From NCBI GenBank assembly GCA_963924565.1, contig OZ004609.1, forward strand, positions 15,128,001-15,192,000: a DNA stretch of 64,000 nucleotides, read 5' to 3'. This document shows positions 39,701 through 48,190 of this stretch, one piece after another. Position numbers and translations under genes: made by a program. The notes below the pieces were generated by a model. The model saw only the letters and a program-made list of their open reading frames with translations. It did not search any database and was not told where the DNA came from. How positions within the stretch are numbered: position 1 is the stretch's first letter; each line of letters begins with the position of its first letter. The DNA is from Ascidiella aspersa (lineage: Eukaryota).

Positions 39701-42700
39701 AAATTACGTTAAGAAATACAAGTTATTATGTGCTTTGTAAAATATTATTAGCCAAACATATTTTTTTAAATAATTTGCTAACGGCGTCAAATAGAACTTG
39801 GTATAGCTGTAAAATATAACTGGTATATCTATATCTATTAAAAAATTTTGCCGGATTAAACTGTTTTTTTTTAAAGAAAAACTAACCTATTTCTTGGATC
39901 TGTTTTCCCGCACTCTGTTAAGCGCAAGGCAGGGTAAAGCGACAAAATACCCTGATCTGACCCCACGTATTGCCATTTAATATCAGGAATCATTTTCTGA
40001 TTACGCTGCATTTGCTCCAGTACTTTTACACTCAGCGATTGAAACGTGGTGGGAGATGTGGGGGCGATCACTTCACATAGTTCATGTAGATCCACCTGAA
40101 GTATGTCAAGGTAAAGTTAAAATGAGTATAAACAAATCCCAATAATCTAGTGTTTACCCCGCTGAAGCAGAAGTACTGACAAAGATTCAAATTCTTAGGC
40201 ACCCTAAAAATACATTTGCGCCAATGCTTGTAGTATAATTACGACTTTTTCCGATTTGAACGGCAAAAGAAGAAAATACATTTCATTATCCTTAATTGAT
40301 TTATTGTATCCATTGACAATTTCTTTTACTTAACTTAAAAAACTGTTTTGGCTTGAATCACCTTCATTTTTTTCACAAAACAATATTATTATAAATTGCT
40401 ATCAAAAATCTCAGTTTCTTAGTCAACAGATAGCTGCTGATCGACTAGTTCAGAAGCTCTCAAACTATGCGTGGCACAATTATTCCGTGTCGAAACTCAA
40501 CAATATTAATAAAATGCTTTTAGATATTATTATTCCTTGAGGTGGGATTTGAACTTAATATTACATAATTGTTCTAGTTAATTAGGATTTAACAATAACA
40601 TTTCTCAATTGTGATTCACTTCGGCGTTCGACAAGTAAGGGCTGGCGTTAGTTATGTTAGTACCAATATATTGTAGATACTCAAAAAGTGATAATGCCGC
40701 AGCCTAAACGCAAATATGCGATAGAAGGTGTTTGATTGATAATTAAATATACAATAGATTCTACTTCTATTGAATAGAAGTCGATCAAGACCAGACGTCA
40801 TTCTTTCGTGTACCTTACATTTCGGGAAAAACTTGCCACTTATGTTTTACACTTTTTGTCAAATTGCTTTGCGAATACCATGTCTTCTTTTAGGGGCTAA
40901 GACTGCTCGTTAGACTATTCCTGTCGCGGGCCTAAAACAAAGCCGGGTCACATATTTTCGGTATGAGGACAGCGGATTACACATGTAATCTATAAAGTAA
41001 TATATTACCGTATTATTATAACAAACATCCGTTTATCCCAAAACTCGAAACTGTTCTCAACTAAGAACTTGTAAGGGGTCGAAATTAAGCTACTACCACA
41101 AAAAAACAATAACAACCTTGGTTTTATAATTAGAATTGTTTCTCAGTGAATTTTTGCTGTATCGACAGCAAGGTGTCCACTCGTTACCAAAGCTTTCGGC
41201 AAGTGAGGATTCAACGCTGTCCCTCAGTCGAATAGCTGCATTCACACGCGACGTGATGGCTGTTGATATTTCTTCAGACAACTAAAAGTTAATAGATCAA
41301 ATCTAAAATGAGCTTTTTAATTTTATAACATGGTTTCTGTTACTAAAACACTGGTGGGTAATGTGTGAAATGAGTTTTTTTAGCTGCTCCTTAAAATTCT
41401 GTCAATATTGGTAATAGAACGAATTCAGGAGTTTTGCCCGAGGAAATGCCATTTTATTATCTAGGTCAGTTTTGGTTACTTTTTTTAGTTTTGTTCAACT
41501 CTACCACAGATTGCTGGATTCCTTTCAACCAAAAATTCCGATGGTTTCAAGCCGAGTGCTTTTCAGCCTTAAAGCCGAATAAACTCGCACTCCTGAGCAT
41601 GGCTATGTCAAATTACCTCATTTGCCAAATTAATAGAACGGCAGTTATCTAGTAGCCTACTCGGTTTCATGGCGTCAAGTAAGATTTGGCACGAATTAAA
41701 GCCATTTAATGTAGTCGGATCAGGTATCCTTTTTTACAGACAAAAGAAAAAAGTAGTGTATAAATTATACTAAGTTGACGAAACTTGTTGATAGTTCCAG
41801 CACGGCACCTTCAGGCTCAAAAGATTTACTCAAAACGCCAACAAACTTGATTCATAAGTAAAAATAACAAAATTCATTTAGGTACCTAAATAAATAAACA
41901 ATCTAGAAAATATGAAGATTAATCTTGTGCCGAGTTTTAAAAGAGGTCGCGGACTGGCAAAATTACATTAGCTGACTTGACCCCGAAAACATTTCAGAGC
42001 ATCGCAAATAAAACGCTTTTATACAGTTTGCAAAACAGTAATTGTAATTAATAAGGTTGTTAGACGGCGCCCTAATAGGCTGCAAAAATCAATTTAAAAG
42101 CTTCTTTTGTTTTGTGTTTGCTTTAAAAATGTTAATATGCACTTTTGCAAAAATTCTATTGAAATCAAGAAACGCTGATTTATGGTAGTAGGGATATACA
42201 TTCTGGCATAAACAATGTTTGTATATATGACGACATGAAGGTATACAAAATTGCACTAATCAATTAATTTTTCAGCTACACGTTAGCTTTCTTTATACTT
42301 ACATTTGTCACAAATGTGTGTCCGTCCACTTTCCGGTGACCAAAATGAAGTTTATTAACGCTTTCCTACAAAATTTTAGACTATGTTAGCAACTGTTTTT
42401 GGATTACCCTATAAAACAGTGTTTAGAACCTGTGACATAGTGGTCCAAGGGGCCCTTATGCTAATCAAATGAACTTTTTTAAGCACAAAAAAAACAGTAC
42501 TACAAAATAGTAATGTTTGTGACCAGGACTAGTGCACATAAAACTGATTAACCTTAACTATACTTTTTCGCCGGTCAAAAATGTTTTATTATCGCAATGT
42601 TTGGTAGGATCCCCCAAACCGCCCCTGAAGTGTTAAAAGTAACCTCATAGTTATCTACAAACCTGTACTAATGAAACTCCCAGGGTGTCGTTAATCAATC

Positions 42701-42806
42701 TTTCAACATACGACGCAATGACATTGACGTCAGCATATATTGCACGTGTCTGTAAACAATGTGAAGATATCCAAACAACCAGAAAAACAAAACCGTTAGG
42801 TGTCAT
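594..42806 (-). CDS. CACHD1: VWFA and cache domain-containing protein 1 (alpha2delta-like); spliced, 20 coding exons in window, 3' end beyond position 1
   Basis: Exons traced by hand with consistent phases: 42806-42663, 42365-42303, 41281-41117, 40095-39887, 38936-38777, 35279-35150, 35094-35011, 34803-34660, 33175-33089, 32509-32381, 31573-31427, 30617-30412, 22837-22646, 21514-21328, 20011-19834, 19753-19633, 18300-18209, 12544-12426, 1668-1533, 714-594 (2814 nt, 938 aa). Motifs: signal peptide MTPNGFVFLVVWISSHC, IKWQYVGSDQG, DPRNRPWY, VWA LLDNSHS/FITDG, PYVDTGGLG, YHRLDL, FDVTKRLWY, PYKDAAGAG, VMGVDFSL, VPGTNVF. These are collinear with CACHD1 as I recall it. Confidence 0.9.
1533..1668 (-). 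CDS. CACHD1: CACHD1 exon
   Basis: DRNLMNKLLELKLVRRMSCFD...RNWYKI...|GTGAGT. Confidence 0.82.
2855..5008 (+). mobile_element. Highly decayed, internally deleted Ty1/Copia-like LTR retrotransposon
   Basis: LTR-end repeat ...GATAAAGA..AGTATCGGATCG.ATC..TAGTTT at ~2860-2916 and ~4950-5008. PBS GTAGCAGAGGATGGTTTC at 2920-2937. Protease remnants DTAYSKTVCG...IPAGVGG...LPLLLSRSLL...LDL at 3715-4000. RNase H-like remnants (IKRVAR, CTDS) at 4200-4530. Confidence 0.65.
2917..2937 (+). promoter_or_regulatory. Primer-binding site complementary to the 3' end of initiator tRNA-Met
   Basis: Follows the CA LTR end directly; 18-nt match to TGGTAGCAGAGGATGGTTTC. Confidence 0.75.
5032..5860 (-). mobile_element. 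Academ-like DNA transposon relic (transposase pseudogene plus terminus)
   Basis: Minus-strand translation KSNGGLTRGR...KDLAKIRRKKD...KWF.YH...VNCQQA...KTKVKPL...LFTRL with frameshifts. Terminus begins TAGG and has an AAATGGCCGCC subterminal motif. Family assignment is from recall. Confidence 0.5.
6340..9445 (+). mobile_element. Degenerate Ty3/Gypsy LTR retrotransposon (5'-truncated, internally deleted)
   Basis: Two CCHC knuckles (CHRCGKPGHLATTC, CNFCKCTGHLQAVC), protease LDTAA, RT (KIDLADAY, PFGISSAP, FLDDIL), RNase H (CDAS, EALA, TDHKPL, ADALSR), integrase (HLG..., TDN, ERLVQTFK). Multiple stops and frameshifts. Confidence 0.93.
9240..9445 (+). repeat. 3' LTR of the Gypsy element
   Basis: Starts TGTT right after the polypurine tract GGGGAGG and ends AACA. 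Confidence 0.7.
10687..11997. mobile_element. hAT-type non-autonomous element
   Basis: TIRs CAGGGGGCGGATCTAG / CTAGATCCGCGCCTG; perfect 8-bp TSD CTAGCCAC; contains a nested hAT MITE ending GGTTGCCGACCCTTG at ~11559. Confidence 0.85.
12426..12544 (-). CDS. CACHD1: CACHD1 exon
   Basis: LNSSPAWNCVLVDDGGNIILHE...KHIA|GTAAGT. Confidence 0.85.
12880..13353. mobile_element. hAT (Charlie-like) MITE
   Basis: TIRs CAGGGATGTTCAACCT / AGGTTGGACATCCCTG; perfect TSD GTGTATAC. Confidence 0.88.
14123..16023. mobile_element. hAT (Charlie-like) non-autonomous element with nested MITEs
   Basis: TIRs CAGTGGTTCTTAAAC / GTTTAAGAACCACTG; TSD CTCTATAG/CTCTAGAG; 14580-14959 resembles 11155-11559. Confidence 0.85.
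18209..18300 (-). CDS. CACHD1: CACHD1 exon
   Basis: KRDIVGVMGVDFSLNYLYSML...PYC. Confidence 0.9.
18802..19046. repeat. Long inverted repeat (~110-bp arms)
   Basis: AAACCCACAAAGGTTGTAAAAAAGATCT...TTATTCAAAT is the reverse complement of ATTTGAATAA...ACAACCTTTGTGGGTTT. Confidence 0.9.
19633..19753 (-). CDS. CACHD1: CACHD1 exon (ends at a GC donor)
   Basis: YELALSNP...STPYKDAAGAGNVISISKAI...RK|GCATGT. Confidence 0.85.
19834..20011 (-). CDS. CACHD1: CACHD1 exon (second dCache)
   Basis: RFVGTATGVDRVFPG...FDVTKRLW. Confidence 0.9.
21328..21514 (-). CDS. CACHD1: CACHD1 exon
   Basis: KSTVSQSTVLFAPRCFRSPIRYQLTEET... Confidence 0.85.
21800..22105 (-). mobile_element. Chapaev3-like transposase N-terminal fragment (pseudogene)
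   Basis: Minus-strand YLAYFKVSLGDPDKNW ... GVPTV*GEPRNQQDDCYFCL, resembling the YFG..LGDQDK.W / PMVWREP.NH.DDCYFC motifs I recall for Chapaev3. Confidence 0.55.
22646..22837 (-). CDS. CACHD1: CACHD1 exon
   Basis: INATYFWRPIRGTNFSICFV...YHRLDL...CRHFYH|GTAAGT. Confidence 0.9.
23455..27981 (+). repeat. ~2.27-kb tandem duplication inside the L1/Tx1 element
   Basis: 23455-25712 is repeated at 25714-27981; the ORF track shows near-identical peptides at offsets of 2269-2270. Confidence 0.95.
29806..29882 (+). ncRNA. Box C/D snoRNA-like (k-turn) module at the L1/Tx1 3' terminus
   Basis: AGGGC-A-ATGATGA(29812-29818)...CTGA(29874-29877)-GCCCT; internal hairpin CTAGCA-AAT-TGCTAG; extra CTGA at 29865. 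Confidence 0.5.
30412..30617 (-). CDS. CACHD1: CACHD1 exon (dCache)
   Basis: DGTGLVITHPLMPRP...FVQIHELE. Confidence 0.88.
31427..31573 (-). CDS. CACHD1: CACHD1 exon (dCache)
   Basis: LIFTVGLPV...LFGVVAVDITL...DSYVFVV. Confidence 0.9.
32381..32509 (-). CDS. CACHD1: CACHD1 exon
   Basis: GTSFRITDP...LSSFYS...PTFSVPYVDTGGLG. Confidence 0.88.
33089..33175 (-). CDS. CACHD1: CACHD1 exon
   Basis: VNMTMLEEISSQNFS..., phase 1-1. Confidence 0.75.
33677..34098. mobile_element. hAT (Charlie-like) MITE, degenerate
   Basis: Ends CAGTGGTTCTCAACC ... GGTTGACAAATACTG with GCGGCTC subterminal repeats. Confidence 0.6.
34660..34803 (-). CDS. CACHD1: CACHD1 exon (VWA)
   Basis: DWVILFITDGKP...NNTVTIHTYGLG. Confidence 0.88.
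35011..35094 (-). CDS. CACHD1: CACHD1 exon (VWA)
   Basis: GESFYSVGFKNAFDLI...; follows a 55-bp intron. Confidence 0.85.
35150..35279 (-). CDS. CACHD1: CACHD1 exon (VWA)
   Basis: IGLVAFNNVAMRPEGCFQTELAPATRNNIKAL... Confidence 0.88.
38777..38936 (-). CDS. CACHD1: CACHD1 exon (VWA start, MIDAS)
   Basis: PWYVETASPKPKNILFLLDNSHSM...TPKDR. Confidence 0.9.
39887..40095 (-). CDS. CACHD1: CACHD1 exon (VWA_N / first dCache)
   Basis: VDLHELC...IKWQYVGSDQGILSLYPA...DPRNR. Confidence 0.9.
41117..41281 (-). CDS. CACHD1: CACHD1 exon
   Basis: LSEEISTAITSRVNAAIRLRDSVE...TPCCRY...NYKTK; AG/GT borders. Confidence 0.85.
42303..42365 (-). CDS. CACHD1: CACHD1 exon
   Basis: TTTTGTAG|ESVNKLHFGHRKVDGHTFVTN|GTAAGT, phase 0-0. 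Confidence 0.75.
42663..42806 (-). CDS. CACHD1: CACHD1 first coding exon (signal peptide)
   Basis: ATG at 42806; MTPNGFVFLVVWISSHCLQTRAIYADVNVIASYVERLINDTLGVSLVQ; donor CAG|GTTTGT. Confidence 0.75.
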
Positions 42807-45716
42807 TTCAAGGTTACAACGAAATGCAAAATGTTGGACTATTATGTAATTACTTTTTTTTACAACACAACAGGTTTCTGGAAAAAAGAGCAAGTAAGAC
42901 ATTTTGCATACTAAATCTTTGCATTTACTAGCAGTTTATATTCTGCCCTGTCTCGTCTAGAGCAGGTCAAGGGTTGTAGATGTAAGGTACAAAGTTGTAC
43001 ATCTGTAAGTACCCGGAAACCACGAAAGGAACCCGAGAGCTCTACAAAGATAGGCATCTTTTCTAAATGGAGGCCATGGACGACGGACGTGTCAATCGGT
43101 TGTTTGGGGGCAGTCTTATAATTTAAATAAAATGTAAACTACAGAACGATTTCTAATCAAACAAGTTGCTCAGAATGAAGAATATATGAAAATTCGTTAT
43201 AACAATTAATTATGTTTTAAAACACTGGCGGCAAACATCGAACATTCCAGCCCTAAAGTAGTAGGCTACTTTGTCGTATTTTCACGTTTTGCTTACATAT
43301 TTGGATAAAACTAAATGGGTCATCTTTAATTGAACCTAAACTACACAAATAACTTAATCTGCTGAAGAAATGAACTTTTAAAGGTTTAATTAAACGATTT
43401 ATAGTTTTACAACGTAGATTGCTAAATAGAAACATTAAGAACCGTCACGCCATAAAACCCAGGTAATACGAGATTCGTGCGGTTACGCATGGTTTGTTAA
43501 CGAAAAGTTACTGAATCACCATATTTGCTACATTTAGTCTACAGTCCTCATGTACAGCTACAGTGCTACACATAGCCTACAATCCCCATATATAGCCTAC
43601 AGTGCTGCATATAGCCTACAGTCCACCCTATTAACTTGATTATTTGGGCAAAGAAGGCGATGAAAATATATATACCCCTACGTATATAAAACACTATGTA
43701 GCCTTAATAACTAAAACCACTGATTTTGATAAATAAAGCAGCGCCCGACTCTATAAACTAAATCTTAAAACAAAATGCAATTTAAAAATGTACTTTGGAA
43801 TAAGCGGCAGCACCTCTAACACTAGCAAATTGTCTTCACCTAAATTATATATATCCTTTGTCTTTTACTGATGCTAACTGTTGGACAATTGTTATCTTAC
43901 TAAGCACAGTTTTTTTGTGCCAATCGACACTACACCGTACGATTCCACTTGAAGCAGAGAATGTTTCCCTCACAAAAGATTATTATTATTAGACTAGATC
44001 GCTTAGGGCAAAGAGAAAAGCAACACTCCGACACACCTGGGTAGCGATAGCTTTTCAACCATGTTGCCAGATCGTTCGTTTTACAACCAAAAATCACAAA
44101 TTTGTCCTGTTTTAACCTTTGGTAAAAAAAAATTCCTTGGCGGTTGCAGCTTAGTGGGTTGTTAGCATGTCGAACAATTTAGTATACCTTCTACCAGTGC
44201 TCCATCTAACAAAATTTGGTACTGATCAAGCAAATCTTTTTTGTAGTGTGCAAGAATATTTTAAGGCTGAGATGGCAGGGGCCCGCAGCAGATCAATGTT
44301 TTTTGTATGGGGGCGAGTTGTGAAAGATTTAGAGATAACATCTTCTAAACTCATTTTCCCCTTTTAGCTTGGTTTCTGTGCAGATATTTAAATCTACGTG
44401 AGATAAAAAACACACACAAAGCATGAACAATGAAAACCGATTAGACAAAATAATTTACCGATTTAGACAAAATAATTTAGCAAAATGTTCATTACGTCAC
44501 AATCGTCAATGCGGATTTGGTTTGTGTAGTTGCTTAGCTACAAACATCAATAAAAAATGGCCGATGCGAAATGCTAAAAACGTTTTGGCAATAAATGTAG
44601 ATAACTCTTAGTTTTTAATTTAATAATGATGTAAGTGCGCAAAAAAGATCCTTTTTTAATCAGTTGAATTAACGCGAAATCTTCTATCACCGGAAATCAA
44701 TATAACCTATGTTATCTCCTATGACCGGAAATCGAAATATTTGTAAACTGACTTAACTACCAGGAGTATAAACATACTACAATTGTCTTTAAACTCTAGT
44801 CTACGCCAAAGTGGAAAGGGAGATTAACCTTGGCTTGAAACCCATCAAATATCATTGTAAATATATTATTGGCATTTTGTGATGAAGGGCCTAATTGGTC
44901 TTGGCAGCTGTTTTGAAAACTAAATTAAGCAAAAAAGACAAAGCACCAATGTCAGGTTTCAAATTTCGAATGCTACCAAAAGTCCTCTGTTCTCTAATCA
45001 ACTTTCGCAAAGGGGTAGAATTTTCAGGACTTCAACCGGCTTCAGAAATCTTAGGTCTTCATAACCGCAAAAATGAAAAGAAAAGAAACAAAATGAAAAG
45101 AAATGTATATTACCTAAAAAAATGTTGCGCCTTCGGCGCGTTTCATAACAAATCGCTCCTTTTTCTCTTGGCTGCCCACGATATTGCTGATGTTGTCTAT
45201 TCTCGATCGACATATATTTCGTACGTAAGCCGCCGATTTGTTTTAGCTCTGTTGGTGTGCCGCACGTGGAAAAAGGTTGCGGAGCACTGGACACTGCCTT
45301 CTAACATTTATTTAAAATAAAATATTTAAAAGAACCGACTTTAGTGGGCTATTTATTTAAAAGAACCGACTTTAGTGGGCCCAGCTTTTCAGTCCGAATA
45401 CACAACATGTATTTAGCAAGTTAGGAAATCTTGTTAACATTTTTCAATTTAAAGTGACTATTGTCGAGCAACCCGGTATTAACCACCTACAACTGTGCGA
45501 GGACAAATGCTTAACCTTATTAGCATTAATATAAAAAAAATAAGTTTACAATGCATTAAATAGTGTTTTACTAGCTATTTTATTTTGTTTGATTTTCTCT
45601 AATAATGTGACCTCCTTTCAACTTACACATCAGTTGTCCATTTTACTGACTGCAACGTCATTTAGTTGCAGCAGTTGTCAGGGGCGCCCGCAGAAAATTT
45701 TCCAGTAGGGGGCAAT

Positions 45717-46757
45717 CAGGAACGTAACCAGAAAAACAAAAAGGGGGGGTCCTGAATTTCAACTTAGGGAATTCCCCTACTTTTCGTCTAACGTTAATCA
45801 ATAATGACGTCATAGAATGGTGATTGTAAGACGTGATAAAAAAAAACTAATTAGAAACAGCCAAATATACGTCCAGCAAACCGACCGCGTGCGTCGTCGA
45901 CACTCCTGTCAGGCGCCAGCTGCGAAATCACAGTGTGCAATCTTTAACTTGGGGAGAAAAAAACAAACGAAGACCGTGAAATATGTGTGACTAATTGTGG
46001 TAGAATCGCACATAATTCGACTATCAATAGCGCAGTTTTCAAGATCCATGAACGGAACGAGCGCTAAATTACAAGCACGTCTTTTACCACCTACAATACT
46101 AAACGAAGATCGTTTTTCCGGGTGTTATTATTCCACGTATAGCGCAACATCTGCGCCGAGCTGTGTGCCAAGTCAGCTAAATTACAAGCTGCGGGTGAGG
46201 GTAAATAAGTTGTGTCTATTGCACACTTAGCACGTGGTCTTACAGTATACTTAAAGAGCATAATTTTGCGTTAACCATTATTACTTAAAAATGGAAACTT
46301 TGAAACGCGCAGGACAGTCACCATTACACCTTCTTTTAAGAAACTGCTTCGGTTAAACAAATGTCGATGTTACACCAACATCGGATATTAGCGCGGAGAC
46401 CGAACAGCGAGGAACATACTGCGTACAACTCGACGTTTTTTAGCGAGAAAAAAAGAAAGAAGGTTTGACTTAGCGTTGTCAATTGTCGAATACACACTTG
46501 CTAATCAGTCAAACGGAACAAATAACGAAAGAGAAAAACTTCCAGCGTTTACGGTCGACCAAACAAAAGACGAAAAACGGCGTTTTGCGATCGATTTTGG
46601 TTTCGCATTAGATTAAGACGCGTGACCCAATTACTTAAAAAAGCACGCCGCTTCGAACTGTTTGTTAAACCATGACAAAAACGAACAAAAAACGATAATA
46701 TCACTTACAAAAGAGGGTAAGAACTCCCGCGTCCCTGGTTCCTGGATACGCCACCTG
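45717..46757. mobile_element. hAT-type element (same family as 57517-58952) nested in another hAT MITE that starts at 45679
   Basis: Ends CAGGAACGTAACCAG / CTGGATACGCCACCTG; perfect TSD GGGGCAAT; internal sequence shared with 57517-58952. Confidence 0.8.
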
Positions 46758-46786
46758 GGGGCAATGGATAATGCATAATATTTTTA

Positions 46787-46929
46787 ACCTTCATAAGCAA
46801 TAAATATTACACTTATAAATAATACTAATATTCGCATTTTGAAATTCCAGGGGGGCAAGTGCCCCAACCTTCATAAGTAATACATATTACACTTATAAAT
46901 AATACTAATATTCGCATTTTGAAATTCCA
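46787..46929 (+). repeat. ~80-bp-period tandem duplication
   Basis: ACCTTCATAAG...TTTTGAAATTCCA occurs twice. Confidence 0.85.
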
Positions 46930-47754
46930 AGTTATTTTGAAATAACGGACTCAAGTCATAATTATAGCAATAAGTCAATTCCAACTCAAGTCTTTGTTAT
47001 AAAAATTCAGCGCTAAACTACTAAAATTGCTAAACCAACTGGAGTACGAGCAAGAACTCAACTGAAAATAACAAAAAAAAAATATAGCAAGCAGATTAAA
47101 AAACTAAGATAAATAATCCAATTGTGTAAAAAGACAAAAACTACATAACAACTTAAAGTCATTTACCCAAAAGATTTAAGTCAAGTACTTCTTTCAAAAT
47201 AAATTGAATCAAGCCATTTGAAAACAGAGAACGAAGTCAAGCTATTGACTTGAGTCATTATAACACTGCGTAGTGCATCACTTGCCCAAAACAGTAGGTT
47301 AATTTTTATTTACCTACTGCGTACATTTGGTGCTTTGAGGAGCGCTAAATTTAAAACAAACCGATTTTTATATACTGGAAATCATGTGTAGTTAACTAAA
47401 ACACAAATTATTTTGTATAAGTTAAAATAACAATCTGGACTTAAATGCTTTTTTTGCACAAAGTGTTTTATGGAAAAATGAGACGATGGTTCGGATTAAA
47501 TTGCTTGGCCGAAGTGTTTCCTGCAACCAGGTGGGCACGACGCCGTGTCATCCAAAGCTATACGTTTTGCTAACTTTAGTATCCTATGTATCTTTTTTTT
47601 GCGTTTCGCGCGAATATTTTATGAATCTCTTTTTTTGTATAAAAAAAACAGAAACAAGCCAAAAATAGAAAATAAATTTAAAAAACAAGCAGCTATCTAT
47701 ATTACGCCATAATAACAGATGAAACCCGACTTAAAAAAATGTTAAACTAAAAAC

Positions 47755-48190
47755 CCACGACACACAGACTGAAAGCAAGGAGACCCTTCTACAACATAGA
47801 CGAAAATCCAGTAGACATCTAAACTAAATGGAAACATTGCTATTGAACAATTTACCTCCCAGAGGAGAAGTATGGACGACCTAACAACAATTCTACCTGT
47901 TTTAGCTCATAACAACAGGGGAGTTACCGCTAACAGAATAAGATCGAAACACGCCAAAACGACAGAAACCGTGTACGTCTGGTGTACAGAGAGAACCCAA
48001 TTTGCGAACACAACCAGGAGATGGATCATGTCTTAATAAGTCGCCTATTACAAAGATAAGAGGCTACAATGCAGTTCACTACAGCTGGGATGAATACAAA
48101 GAATGACTTGTCAATAACATGATAGAGCTGTGACTTCGCCAAACGAGACTATCACTATTCTACACTACTACTTCTACTACTACAGCAACA
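47755..48190 (+). mobile_element. 3' remnant of a LINE (Ingi/Vingi-like)
   Basis: Decayed HRLKARRPF...NRIRSKHAK...NPICEH.QEMDHVL C-terminal zinc-finger region followed by a (TAC)n-like tail. Confidence 0.5.

Noticed and set aside
40548-40556. Reverse B-box-like GGTGGGATTTGAAC
   Set aside because: There is no A box or cloverleaf, so I cannot call a tRNA or SINE.
44895-45320. 141-aa plus-strand ORF (and the other short AT-rich ORFs in the track)
   Set aside because: No recognisable motif or splice context; composition is typical of chance ORFs.
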